This document shows, in pieces, positions 35,980 to 45,425 of a DNA stretch of 64,000 nt (position 1 is its first letter; each line of letters opens with the position of its first letter). The DNA is from a virus (taxonomy: Duplodnaviria > Caudoviricetes): IMG/VR virus record IMGVR_UViG_3300033066_002088, positions 7,605 through 71,604 of that record; one strand, given 5' to 3'. The notes beneath the pieces were generated by a model. The model saw only the letters and a list, made by a program, of their open reading frames with translations, was not told where the DNA came from and did no database searches. A program made the translations under genes and the position numbers.

Positions 35980-36765
35980 TCACGCTGCCAGCGCAGCCAC
36001 CGCCGTGAGGACGATGGCCGCGGCGGCGGCAACGCGATTAATTGGTTGAACGGCGCCTGTTTGCTCTTTTAAGAGCGTAACATACTCAATAGGCAATGTG
36101 GTGATGAGCTGTAGCTCGTCTAGTGCGGGGCTAAGCAAATACTTCTTTGAGTCCAATAGGCCGTCGATCTTCTGGTACGACCTCTTGTCGCAAATCTTTA
36201 CGCCAAGCACTGCGTTTGATGGGCTATAGAACAGCTTAGGGACGACAACAATTTCGGTGGAAAAGGCCGTCTGAATCAGTGCGCGACAGGCGGTGCCGGG
36301 TAGGCCAGCGGTTGTAGTAAGGGCCTGCATCAACGCCAAACGAAGGTCATCTAGGTTTTTGTAGTCAGAAATGGTAGCGGCCAACGCCGTTTCCATCGCA
36401 GTCGTGCCAGAGCCGTCCCAGCACGTTCTAGTGTCGGTGCTGCCCTCTTGCCCGACAACAACCGTATACGTCTCAGTAGGAGGGCACGGCTCACAGGGAG
36501 GGCACTGCCCCGTACCTGGTGCAGGTACGATCACAGCGCGTCCAGGTGCTTCTCGGCCTTCAAGAACGACTGGAGGCGTGGTTGTACGGGCGATGCCAGC
36601 ACTCCCACGCCCCTCTGTAATCACGGGAGAGGAGAAAACCTTGGCAGATATCGCAGAGCTTTTTCCAAGAATAGCAGAAGGGACGGTGGGGCCGGCAGTG
36701 CTTCCTCCGGCCCCACCTTTACCCTCAGACGGGAGTACTCCGTTTAGGATTTGCCCGTTCGGCAT
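35980..36765 (-). CDS. Probable virion protein
   Basis: Inside the tail operon; Gly/Pro/Thr-rich linker and CPPCEPCPP. Confidence 0.55.
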   Translation of the reverse strand: MPNGQILNGVLPSEGKGGAGGSTAGPTVPSAILGKSSAISAKVFSSPVITEGRGSAGIARTTTPPVVLEGREAPGRAVIVPAPGTGQCPPCEPCPPTETYTVVVGQEGSTDTRTCWDGSGTTAMETALAATISDYKNLDDLRLALMQALTTTAGLPGTACRALIQTAFSTEIVVVPKLFYSPSNAVLGVKICDKRSYQKIDGLLDSKKYLLSPALDELQLITTLPIEYVTLLKEQTGAVQPINRVAAAAAIVLTAVAALAA

Positions 36766-36768
36766 TCA

Positions 36769-38376
36769 TCACACTAGAGGGACGGTTCCGTCCGGCTTCC
36801 AAGGGAACATTAGGTCATCGAATACGACGCGAACATCGCTGTTCGCCGTAATCGTAACCAACGCGCCATTACGGTGCTGACGTGTCGCCCAATTTACGAG
36901 GCTGCTCCACCCTTTAATAGCGGCGGGGGGTGCGTACACATTCCGTCCGTAAATGAGGGGCAACGGGCGCTCCTTGCCGTTGTGCGGATCAGTGCCGCCA
37001 CCACGGGGCGCTACCAATGACCTTAGAAGACCTGTAACAGTAAACCCTGCCATCTTGTTGATGCCCAATGTACTGTACAGACTCAAGGGGTCTGCGCTTG
37101 GGTTGGCCTTAATCGTGCTGAGCCGGTTGCTAAACGCAGTCGCAACTGCGTCTACAATCGGAGTCGAATACGCGCCCTTGGCAAATTGACCCGCGGTCAA
37201 CCCAACCTTCTCTGTAGCACTTGCACCGCCGGGAGTCTCGATCTTGAGAATACCGTTCGGGCCCATGAATTGGGTACTAATAACGGTGAAAGAAAGACAA
37301 CCCTGGGCCGTGACATCAACGGCCAACATTCCATCGGCCGCTACGCGGATTTTCTGGGCCACGGCTGCAATAGTATCTCCCGCCGCCAAAGTCACGGTGA
37401 TTGTTTCGGTCTGATTTTGCCCGTTTGTCAGCGACAATTGCAAACCATCACCATTCTGCAATGCGCTTACGTTGGGAGCGCCTCCCACCAATGCGGGAAA
37501 AGTGCCCTCAGCTTGGCCAAAAGAAACCGCCTCAATCCCAATCAAATCCAAAAAATTCCGCATAAACAACGGAGAGTTAATCAGAGCACAGGCGGGCATC
37601 CCACCGAATGACGCACCGGTGAGATTCGCGCGAACCCACCCCATCGGACCGCACTTGACGCTCGGATCTCCGAAGAAATTGTCAATCGTTGTCATCGGAA
37701 TTACAGAGAACGGCCCAAGATCTCGCTGCGGGTCAATGCCAAACTCGGCCAACATCGCGCCAGAATAAAAACTAGACGAATCCGAAGGAGACTGTGGATT
37801 CAACCTAGACCCGTATTTGAAACACATCATGACAGGGTCTTGGTCTTCTGAGGCGTACGTATTAGAGAGAAGTTGCTCGTAATATCCGCCGCCAACCGAG
37901 CGGCTGGTACCGGGCTCTACGGCCATAAACCAAAACTGATTGGCGTCAGTTACTGCATGGAAGTAATACGTCCCAGTGCTGGCTGTAAAGAGCGCCTGTG
38001 CGTCGGGATTACCACTGCCGTTGGCGCCAGACTTTCCGAAACACATGGCCTCGTCTGTCGCCGTAGGCCGAGTACCGTTTCCGCCTCCGGTAAAGCCCGC
38101 GGCGCGGCTGTAATAAATCGACCAACTTCCGTCGTCGGAACCCGAACCACCTTTGTAAAAACAAAACGACCGACTGCCGCTGTCGGTAACGACCGCCCAA
38201 GCGTTTGGCCGGTTCATGCTCGAACCGGATGCGACGGCAGCTCCGTCGTTTCGATTAGACGATGTAAGGGTCCACGCCGTATGCGAAGAACCGGATGTAA
38301 GACTTGTGATGAGCATGTAAATAGCGTCACCACTGCTCGCGGGGAACTGATTGATCTTGCTGTAGTCAAGCGCCAT
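36769..38376 (-). CDS. Probable virion protein with an inserted flagellin-IN-like domain
   Basis: AGGAG SD; Gly/Ser-rich; ITVTLAAGDTIAAVAQKI...VGLTAG insert. Confidence 0.6.
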   Translation of the reverse strand: MALDYSKINQFPASSGDAIYMLITSLTSGSSHTAWTLTSSNRNDGAAVASGSSMNRPNAWAVVTDSGSRSFCFYKGGSGSDDGSWSIYYSRAAGFTGGGNGTRPTATDEAMCFGKSGANGSGNPDAQALFTASTGTYYFHAVTDANQFWFMAVEPGTSRSVGGGYYEQLLSNTYASEDQDPVMMCFKYGSRLNPQSPSDSSSFYSGAMLAEFGIDPQRDLGPFSVIPMTTIDNFFGDPSVKCGPMGWVRANLTGASFGGMPACALINSPLFMRNFLDLIGIEAVSFGQAEGTFPALVGGAPNVSALQNGDGLQLSLTNGQNQTETITVTLAAGDTIAAVAQKIRVAADGMLAVDVTAQGCLSFTVISTQFMGPNGILKIETPGGASATEKVGLTAGQFAKGAYSTPIVDAVATAFSNRLSTIKANPSADPLSLYSTLGINKMAGFTVTGLLRSLVAPRGGGTDPHNGKERPLPLIYGRNVYAPPAAIKGWSSLVNWATRQHRNGALVTITANSDVRVVFDDLMFPWKPDGTVPLV

Positions 38377-38421
38377 GTTCGGGTCTCCTGGTTTTCGGCG
38401 GAAAGTCTAACAGAACCTTCG

Positions 38422-39372
38422 CTATCCTGCGAAGTTTCGCACCTGTGGTGCGGGCTGCCCCTCTGAAATGCTTGCGCTAGGTGTACCGTAAACGTTTCCG
38501 AGCAAGGGATTTGGTGTTGCTGCCGCAGTTTGTGCACCGCTGACGAGGGGTTCGTCGGCGCCTTCGTCTGGTCCGATAATCGGGTCGCCTGTCAGCTGTG
38601 TGGGCACAGTTACACTCGTTCTTACACGGCTATCCTGTGTAGCACCAGGATTCCCCAATGCGACGCCAGCGCTAAAAGATGTGTCAACTTTTACATCGAT
38701 AAAGGCGGGCTTCTTGATGATCTGGTATTCCTTGACCAACAGTTGCAATGAAAAAGGCACTGCGGTCTCGTTTTCCGCGTTAAGAGCTTGCGACATACTT
38801 AGAACACTGCCAGATACAATGACAGAGTCATATCGCAGCCGGAGCAAGGCTCCACGACGCGCACACTGGGTACCACGCAATAGCTCCTGATACGCGACTG
38901 CCATCCCGATACGTTGGTCGTCTTGAACCGTATTAAGCAGGTACCCGCTGTAAGTAAATACGGGCGGCGCCTGCCCGAAGAAGAAAGCAACGTAGTTATC
39001 GGAAATGACTTCTGAGATCTGAACCTTCTCAGATAGTTGCTCGTTTACCTGTCCAAGAAGGAAATCAATAAAACCGGTGCCACCCTGGTTGCTTGTAGTC
39101 TTTCCGGTGAGAACGTTAGCCAACGCCCGAACCGTTGGATCAGGGGGAAGGGAATCTAAGTAAGCCTGTACCGCCGTGTCATTTGCTCCCGACAAAGACA
39201 AGAACATCCGTGCCAGCGTTTCCTTGTACTCAGCGTCTCGATTACCGGAATCAAGAGCGTACTTCGGGGTCATCGTGGGATGGAGCCCGAACACGCCTTG
39301 CTGGCGCGGAGTAGACCCCCCAGATTGATTCGCTGAATATAGCTTACTATACACTTGGCTCAATGACGGCAT
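38422..39372 (-). CDS. Tail tube initiator/baseplate tube protein
   Basis: Second gene after the tape measure; FFFGQAPPVFTYSGYLLN...VSGSV pattern. Confidence 0.7.
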   Translation of the reverse strand: MPSLSQVYSKLYSANQSGGSTPRQQGVFGLHPTMTPKYALDSGNRDAEYKETLARMFLSLSGANDTAVQAYLDSLPPDPTVRALANVLTGKTTSNQGGTGFIDFLLGQVNEQLSEKVQISEVISDNYVAFFFGQAPPVFTYSGYLLNTVQDDQRIGMAVAYQELLRGTQCARRGALLRLRYDSVIVSGSVLSMSQALNAENETAVPFSLQLLVKEYQIIKKPAFIDVKVDTSFSAGVALGNPGATQDSRVRTSVTVPTQLTGDPIIGPDEGADEPLVSGAQTAAATPNPLLGNVYGTPSASISEGQPAPQVRNFAG

Positions 39373-39570
39373 TTAAACCCCCTGATCATCCCTGCGGGTT
39401 ACAGCGAAACCGTCGGATTCGTTAACCAACAGGTACGCCCTTCTGTAGAGCGTTGGAACCGTGAGGTTCGATGCCAAGCCTCGAAGAAAATTTGCAACAA
39501 TGTTTTCGTTGGCCAGCAGCACAAAATCTACGGCCGATGGGGGCAATACCTGTACTGGAGGTGTCGCCAT
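39373..39570 (-). CDS. Small tail protein (65 aa)
   Basis: TAATG coupling to the tape measure gene. Confidence 0.55.
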   Translation of the reverse strand: MATPPVQVLPPSAVDFVLLANENIVANFLRGLASNLTVPTLYRRAYLLVNESDGFAVTRRDDQGV

Positions 39571-42500
39571 TATTGATCCTTAGGCATGTTTAGGCCGTCT
39601 AGAGTATCAAGCTCAACCGTTTTAGACCAGCGGTTAACTGTCTTCGCGAAAACCGCCACGCTGTCTGCGAAGACCTTCTTAACGGCCTTATCTTCGGCGT
39701 CAGAGCCGGCCTTTCCGAATACGCCTACGTCTTTCTGGATAGAGTCAAGTGACGCAATGTCTTCATCAAGCTTGTCCATGCCTTCTTCACCTGCGCCACC
39801 GTAAGATGTTTCAGTGCCTGATTTAGGCCCCATACCTACGATAGCGTTTACTGCGGCGTTAAGCGCCTTTTCTCGCCCAGCAGAATCGCCGCCCTTTCTA
39901 GCTTTCTTGAAAGCCTCGACCGCCGTACGCAATCCTGCAGGCGCCCCGGTAAGATCGTCCTCATCGGCGAGCTTTTCAACTACATCCCGAAGGCCTTCAG
40001 GCGAAATATTGCCTTCCATTCCCTTGAGGCTAGAAAAGCGGTCAGACAGTTTCTTGACGCCCTCAGACGCCGCGATGAGCCCCTTGTTGGCCAGTAACTT
40101 GCCTTGCGCGTCTCTAAATCCTTCCGTGAGGTCTCCCTTTGACTTCGAGGCTCCCGCCAACATGTTTTTCGTACGATCATCTGCGTGCTCGAGAATCTTA
40201 GCCGCGTCCCGTTCAACATTTGCGAGACTCTTAGGATCTTCTTTGGCCAGTTTCGCTCGAAGCTCATCAAGACGCTTTTCAGCAGACTTATCGCCCTTAC
40301 GAGACGCTTCAATCAGCGCCGCCATGGCAACCGCCCTAGGGTCACTTTTATCCACAATGCCTTTGACAGCCTCAAATGCCTTTTGGTCTGCAGACCCTTC
40401 AAAGTAACCGGCCAAACTGCCCGCAGCGCCGCCAACTACAGCGCCAACACCACCACCAACAGCAAACCCTCCGAGTGCTCCAACCGCGCCAAGAGTAAGA
40501 GCCGATTCCAGCCCACCGCCGTGCGCCGGCCTAACACCCAATCCGCCAAAAGACGCATCAAGATTGGCGCGAGACTGTTGCAGATTGAAAGTGCTGCCTA
40601 CCGCGCCCATGCGCGATGCGACGTCGGTTGTCGTTCCTAAGCGTTCCTTTGTCTTCTTATCCCCGAACATTTGGAGCTGTCGCATAACACCGGTGGCGAG
40701 CTGCTGCTCCATGCCGGGAGGCAGGCTTCCACCATTCTCTGCCCTTGCGTGTGCAAGAATCTCTTCCATCGTGATTGCCTGTGAATTGCCGGTAAGGTTG
40801 TCCTTGCGACTAGAGTCGGCCATGATCCGGCGAGCAACCTTGCCCACAAGTACAGCGGCCCCGCTGTCCTTCTTTTGAAGGTCACTGTAAAGGGCCCCCA
40901 TATCTGCTCCTCCGGCACGTGAAATCGCCATTGCAGCACTCGACACACTGGACAGCAGCGCGCGGTTTGCCGCCACATCTCCACCTGCGCCCGTGATCCG
41001 TGGCATAATGGCACCCCCTGCCTGGAGGGCAAGATTCCTTTCTACGTTCTCCCCGGAGAGGCGGCCAAAGCCATATTGGCCCCACAAGTAATTTGATGTA
41101 CTGCCGTCTGCGGTGCGTGGTGACATGGAACTGCGGTTTCTCGGGTCACGCATTGCGGCAAGAGTTCGCCTCTCATCGTCCCCGCCCCGGATCAGCTCGT
41201 AATCACTAAATCGAGTCACTCGACCGCCTGCGCCCATAATTGAACGATCTTCAACACGTTGATCGTACCATTCCGTCATATCCCGCACAGGTTGTGTCAT
41301 CGCGTCTGACGCGTAAGAAAACGCGCTGCTAATGCCTTGCCCTGCTTGTGTAAATACGCCAGGTGTGCGGTAGCGTGCGCGACCAGTTCTCCCGCGTTCA
41401 ATAACGCCGCGCCTCTGGGCTTCAAGCTGTTGCCGCATCTGGTCGTAAAAGGCAGGATTTGAGAACGTCTCCTCTAGGGTACGGGCGACTTGTTCGTCGC
41501 CACCTGTCATCACCTTAAGGGCGCCACCGAACGTTAGCCCCGTCTTGTCACGCATAGCTAACGCTTGGCGCGCGACATTCATTTGCATTTCCATCGGAGA
41601 CAATTGCCCAGCTACTCGATCGATCAATTCTTGTTTACGGGTTGACAACTGTGAAATAATGTCTTTACCCTCTTCAGCATTGCGCCCATGCAAGCGTCTA
41701 GCGGCTTCACCTGCTACATCATTGATGTCTGCCCTCTGCATCTTACGGAACTGATTTACATCAACTCCTAGCCTACCATTCTCGTAGATTAGGGACGACG
41801 CCAAGTAAAGGTCGCGATTCTGTGCACCGAGAGACGCATTCATCAACGTCTGAGCGACACCTTGCTTTCCGCCTGCACGAGCAAGCTGCAAGTCATCGAA
41901 AGACCCCGCGCCGTAGGCTACGTTAGCAACGCCGCCAGCAGTAACCCCTGCCATATAACCCGTACGTCCCGCCATGCCAATGGACTGGGCGGTCATGGCG
42001 CCGGGCATTCCAAACGCGTCGCCTGCTCCTTGAAAACTCACGCCAGCCATCCGTGCGAACATCGACTGATTGGCGACAGCCCCCATCTGCCCCGCAGTCC
42101 CCTGGAAACCTAACCGTCGCATGTTTCCAAGTTCCCCCATCGCATTTTTGACGTCGGGGTCACCAGTAATCTGCACCACTGCTTTTACGGCTTTAGCCAC
42201 GTTCTTCATGGAACGCGCAATTTCGTCGGCGTTTTGGCCAAGATTGATCAGGTTTTGATCTGCGGCTAGCTCTGTGAGCCGCTGCATATCCGCCGCGTTG
42301 TAACCAGTCTGTCGTCCGAAATCACTGTCCCGTGCCGTTTCACGGATAGCCGTGGCGGTGCGCAGCGCGTGCGCCCTGGAAACACCCCTGCCTGACATTG
42401 TGTTGAAGTTAGCGCCGCCGGTTACACCGGCGCGAACCGAAGCCATCTGAAGACTACCAGCATTCTGTAGATCCTGCACAACCGGGCCGATAGTCATATC

Positions 42501-43226
42501 GCCCAACGTCCCGCCAATCTTCTCGCCGAGCCAACTACCGGCGAGGCCCCCCGCGAGAGTTCCGAGGGGCCCAAATGCGCTGCCCGCGACACCGCCGAGC
42601 CACGCGCCAACGCCTATACCCGTGGCACCACGGACTGCGGCATGGGCGCCCGATAGGATTGCCGCAGATCCTTGATTCTGATAGTGCTGCATTACACTGT
42701 ATGAACGGTCTGCGGGAGTTTGGAATCTGGGGCCTTGGTAAGACGCCGCAATCGGGTTGAAGATCGACGGCATTGACGACATAAACGGCGGGGCACCGCC
42801 TTGAATCTGAGGGCGGTATCCTCCGTACACCGATGGTGTGTTGTAAATGGGTGAAGGAATACTCATCCCGCCTCCACCAAGAGCATTTGCGACATACGGG
42901 TTGAATTGTTGTTGATTGATCTGCCCTAAAGTCCGAGCCCAAGTAGCATCGCCTCCGACTCCAAATGAGGGAGGGGCCGAGGGAGGGGGCTGATAGCGCA
43001 TCTGCTGTGCCATGCCAAGCGTGTACTGCGTCGCGGCCTGGTGCTGCTGTGCCGCTTGCGCGGATACATCGCCGGGGTGGCGAATAGGTGGTGGCGGTGG
43101 CGGAGTGTTGAGGCCGACACCCATCGGCATCTGCCCTGTTTGTGGGGGAAGAAGCCCTAACTGCATCTGCATGGTATTAAAACCCTGCAGCATTTCCCTG
43201 ATGGTTTCACCGCCTGTAGCTGGCAT
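39570..43226 (-). CDS. Tape measure protein
   Basis: 1218 aa, Ala/Gly/Gln-rich helices, two Gly-rich hydrophobic segments; downstream of the frameshifted chaperone pair. Confidence 0.85.
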   Translation of the reverse strand: MPATGGETIREMLQGFNTMQMQLGLLPPQTGQMPMGVGLNTPPPPPPIRHPGDVSAQAAQQHQAATQYTLGMAQQMRYQPPPSAPPSFGVGGDATWARTLGQINQQQFNPYVANALGGGGMSIPSPIYNTPSVYGGYRPQIQGGAPPFMSSMPSIFNPIAASYQGPRFQTPADRSYSVMQHYQNQGSAAILSGAHAAVRGATGIGVGAWLGGVAGSAFGPLGTLAGGLAGSWLGEKIGGTLGDMTIGPVVQDLQNAGSLQMASVRAGVTGGANFNTMSGRGVSRAHALRTATAIRETARDSDFGRQTGYNAADMQRLTELAADQNLINLGQNADEIARSMKNVAKAVKAVVQITGDPDVKNAMGELGNMRRLGFQGTAGQMGAVANQSMFARMAGVSFQGAGDAFGMPGAMTAQSIGMAGRTGYMAGVTAGGVANVAYGAGSFDDLQLARAGGKQGVAQTLMNASLGAQNRDLYLASSLIYENGRLGVDVNQFRKMQRADINDVAGEAARRLHGRNAEEGKDIISQLSTRKQELIDRVAGQLSPMEMQMNVARQALAMRDKTGLTFGGALKVMTGGDEQVARTLEETFSNPAFYDQMRQQLEAQRRGVIERGRTGRARYRTPGVFTQAGQGISSAFSYASDAMTQPVRDMTEWYDQRVEDRSIMGAGGRVTRFSDYELIRGGDDERRTLAAMRDPRNRSSMSPRTADGSTSNYLWGQYGFGRLSGENVERNLALQAGGAIMPRITGAGGDVAANRALLSSVSSAAMAISRAGGADMGALYSDLQKKDSGAAVLVGKVARRIMADSSRKDNLTGNSQAITMEEILAHARAENGGSLPPGMEQQLATGVMRQLQMFGDKKTKERLGTTTDVASRMGAVGSTFNLQQSRANLDASFGGLGVRPAHGGGLESALTLGAVGALGGFAVGGGVGAVVGGAAGSLAGYFEGSADQKAFEAVKGIVDKSDPRAVAMAALIEASRKGDKSAEKRLDELRAKLAKEDPKSLANVERDAAKILEHADDRTKNMLAGASKSKGDLTEGFRDAQGKLLANKGLIAASEGVKKLSDRFSSLKGMEGNISPEGLRDVVEKLADEDDLTGAPAGLRTAVEAFKKARKGGDSAGREKALNAAVNAIVGMGPKSGTETSYGGAGEEGMDKLDEDIASLDSIQKDVGVFGKAGSDAEDKAVKKVFADSVAVFAKTVNRWSKTVELDTLDGLNMPKDQ

Positions 43227-43242
43227 AGGGCAAGTCTACATG

Positions 43243-43252
43243 TTGGTAAAAG
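43243..43252 (+). promoter_or_regulatory. TTGGTAAAAG motif, back-to-back with the leaderless TMP -10 (minus-strand TAGACT, 6 nt before ATG 43226)
   Basis: Both elements lie in the 55-nt divergent gap 43227-43281. Confidence 0.6.
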
Positions 43253-43281
43253 GCTTTGCACATAAAAGGGGGAGGATACTA

Positions 43282-43869
43282 ATGGTAGTCAGCCAGGAAA
43301 TGGAAGACAGAATCAAAGCAACCGTCGGGCATATCACGACCGGCAAAACGGTGTGCCCCTTCGCTCGGAAATCCACGTTCATCCCGAAGGTGTTCACAGG
43401 AGAGGTTGTAGAGCTGGGAGAAGCCCTCCGCACATTTCTTCGAGAAAGGAACAACCTCCCCGCGCTTCTCCTCGTGGCGAGAAGCGCGATGCCGACCCAT
43501 GCTTCCGCGAAGGAATGGGCATTCGTCGCCTTCTCCGCCTGCTGGCGGATGCTCATGCGCTGGCAAGGGCTGACGGAGGCAGCGATCTGCGCGGAAGAGC
43601 CCGTGTTCCGGGCGGGGCTTCTCGATCCAGCGTATCCATTTCGCCCGCTTCTTACGTACGCGGGGAAGCTCATCCATTGCATCGGGATGGGGCCTCAGTA
43701 CCGTGCGGAACACCCGCGCTACCTGCCGGTGACGGGCCTGGTCCTGACGTGGGGGCCAGACGTCGACGCGGCGCGCGCAACGCCAATGGGTGCGAAAGCG
43801 CGAGAGCAGGCGTTCGCCGCGATGGGGCGGTCATACGACGCCGATGAATTGTGGATGCCGGAAGAGTGA
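43282..43869 (+). CDS. YqcI/YcgG-like (CPF motif) protein inserted antisense in the tail operon
   Basis: GGAGG SD before ATG 43282; TVCPFA; CIGMGPQY...HPRYLP...LVLT. Confidence 0.55.
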   Translation: MVVSQEMEDRIKATVGHITTGKTVCPFARKSTFIPKVFTGEVVELGEALRTFLRERNNLPALLLVARSAMPTHASAKEWAFVAFSACWRMLMRWQGLTEAAICAEEPVFRAGLLDPAYPFRPLLTYAGKLIHCIGMGPQYRAEHPRYLPVTGLVLTWGPDVDAARATPMGAKAREQAFAAMGRSYDADELWMPEE

Positions 43870-43926
43870 CGGTCTTTGGGGGCCCAGGCGTGTCCAGCGG
43901 CACGTCGTAGCTCATGAACGCCCGGA

Positions 43927-44385
43927 CTACGGTCTGCGGGCAGTCGGAGAAGTGCCGCCCGATGTGAGCGGCGCCTGGGCCCCCTTTTTTGTTCCGATGG
44001 AAAGCCCGTACTGCTTCTCGTAGTATTCGCCGAAAGCCTCTAGGCGACGAATTGAACGAAGATCCTGCGCACGCTTGTTAGCGATTCGTTTCTGAGCATC
44101 TCGCAACGCCTTAAGCTTAGCACGCAGCCGTTCTTCGTCGTAAGTCTCCTGAAACACCTCTCGAGCGTATTCCCGGATAATGGGCCCAAATACTTTATCG
44201 GGATCCAAGTTCATAACAGTGCCAAACATGCGGCCAATGGCCTGCAGATAAGAAAGCTTCTCAGTTCTTTCGCGAAATACCATCTCCCGTTGGACGCGGT
44301 CCTCTATGGACCCGGGTGGATGAAGCGGCACACCACGGGAGAAAAGGACCGCCCGCGCGTTACCCGCGGGAGATCCTAAAAATTT
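43927..44385 (-). CDS. Tail assembly chaperone C-terminal (GT) part, reached by -1 frameshift
   Basis: The -1 frame is open from the slippery site through LGSPAGNARAVLFSRGVPLHPPGSIEDRVQ to the stop at 43927. Confidence 0.75.
   Translation of the reverse strand, partial: KFLGSPAGNARAVLFSRGVPLHPPGSIEDRVQREMVFRERTEKLSYLQAIGRMFGTVMNLDPDKVFGPIIREYAREVFQETYDEERLRAKLKALRDAQKRIANKRAQDLRSIRRLEAFGEYYEKQYGLSIGTKKGAQAPLTSGGTSPTARRP
44352..44385 (-). promoter_or_regulatory. Programmed -1 ribosomal frameshift signal
   Basis: A-AAU-UUU heptamer (44385-44379) immediately before TAG; 8 nt later a CCCGCG/CGCGGG stem (44370-44352). Confidence 0.8.
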
Positions 44386-44981
44386 TCTACAGCGCCTTCC
44401 TGCAAGCAGGCTTGGAGAGTTTTGTCGAACTTATCAAGCTTCTCATAAAGAATACGGACTACCTGGTCCCCCAGGGACTCTACATAGCGTAGACGAACAT
44501 CAAATAGCTCTTCGATACGTTCCTTGCTGCTCTTCCTGTCGGGGAACTCAAAAGACTGATTTCCCAGGGACGAGATAGATGAAGCAAGACAGTACCGGTA
44601 GACAATTTCGTCGTAGTGAGCGGGGTACACCGGACGTAGCGCCTCTAATGCGGACTGCAGGCGCACCGTATCACCGTAGGTGCGTGACCGGAGACGCGCC
44701 TTGATGCGGGGGCTGATCTGGAAATCCTGTTCGTAGTACCCCTTCAGGAGCATCGAGTCGACGATCTCTGCAGCCTTTTCCTTAGAAACTCCGGATTCGC
44801 GGAGGAGCTTCGTATACCGTTCAAGAGGTGCAAGATCCCTCTCAGCAGCATCAGCTTGCTCTTTTACACGAGTTTCGGCGGCGTCAAGCCGTTTAACGGT
44901 TTCTCCTGGACTGTCTTTAGATGCAACAATGTTAGGAGTTTCCGATGGAACATCAAATTCACCGATCTTGGGGCGAGACAT
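44376..44981 (-). CDS. Tail assembly chaperone (G)
   Basis: GGAGG SD; upstream of TMP; ends in the slippery heptamer. Confidence 0.8.
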   Translation of the reverse strand: MSRPKIGEFDVPSETPNIVASKDSPGETVKRLDAAETRVKEQADAAERDLAPLERYTKLLRESGVSKEKAAEIVDSMLLKGYYEQDFQISPRIKARLRSRTYGDTVRLQSALEALRPVYPAHYDEIVYRYCLASSISSLGNQSFEFPDRKSSKERIEELFDVRLRYVESLGDQVVRILYEKLDKFDKTLQACLQEGAVENF

Positions 44982-45001
44982 TTAAGGCGTTCCTCCAGTT
45001 C

Positions 45002-45011
45002 TTGGTAGAAG
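45002..45011 (+). promoter_or_regulatory. TTGGTAGAAG motif
   Basis: In the divergent gap, 40 nt upstream of ATG 45052. Confidence 0.6.
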
Positions 45012-45051
45012 CATGTGTACCCGATAAACACTGTACAGTCCAGGAGGGCGT

Positions 45052-45396
45052 ATGAAAATTTGGTTAGACGACGAAAGGCCGGCGCCCGAAGGGTGGACGC
45101 ACACCAATTGGCCTAATGAGGTTATGTGGTTCATTGAGAACCACGAAGTGGACGTGATCAGCCTCGATCACGATCTCGGCGATGACAAAAGAGGCACCGG
45201 ATATGACGTGTTGCTATGGCTCGAAGAAGCCGTAGCAGTCCACGGCGTGAGACCTCCCCTTATTTTGGTTCACACAGCCAACCCATCGGCGCGGTTGAAG
45301 ATGGAAGCGGCTAAGAAGAAGATTGAAGAACTGTGGGAGGTATCTCCTTGTAATGACCAAGGTCCCAATCATGGGATGTTTATTAGATTGACATGA
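45052..45396 (+). CDS. Stand-alone cyclic-phosphate-processing receiver domain protein
   Basis: KIWLDDERPAP.GW...ISLDHDLGD...TGYDVLLWLEE...HTANP. Confidence 0.8.
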   Translation: MKIWLDDERPAPEGWTHTNWPNEVMWFIENHEVDVISLDHDLGDDKRGTGYDVLLWLEEAVAVHGVRPPLILVHTANPSARLKMEAAKKKIEELWEVSPCNDQGPNHGMFIRLT

Positions 45397-45416
45397 CGGG
45401 CTATGCCCTGTAGATC
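45388..45416 (+). promoter_or_regulatory. sigma70-type promoter TTGACA-17-TAGATC
   Basis: Exact 17-nt spacer, just upstream of the GGAG SD of dinG. Confidence 0.7.
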
Positions 45417-45425
45417 TGGAGACCA

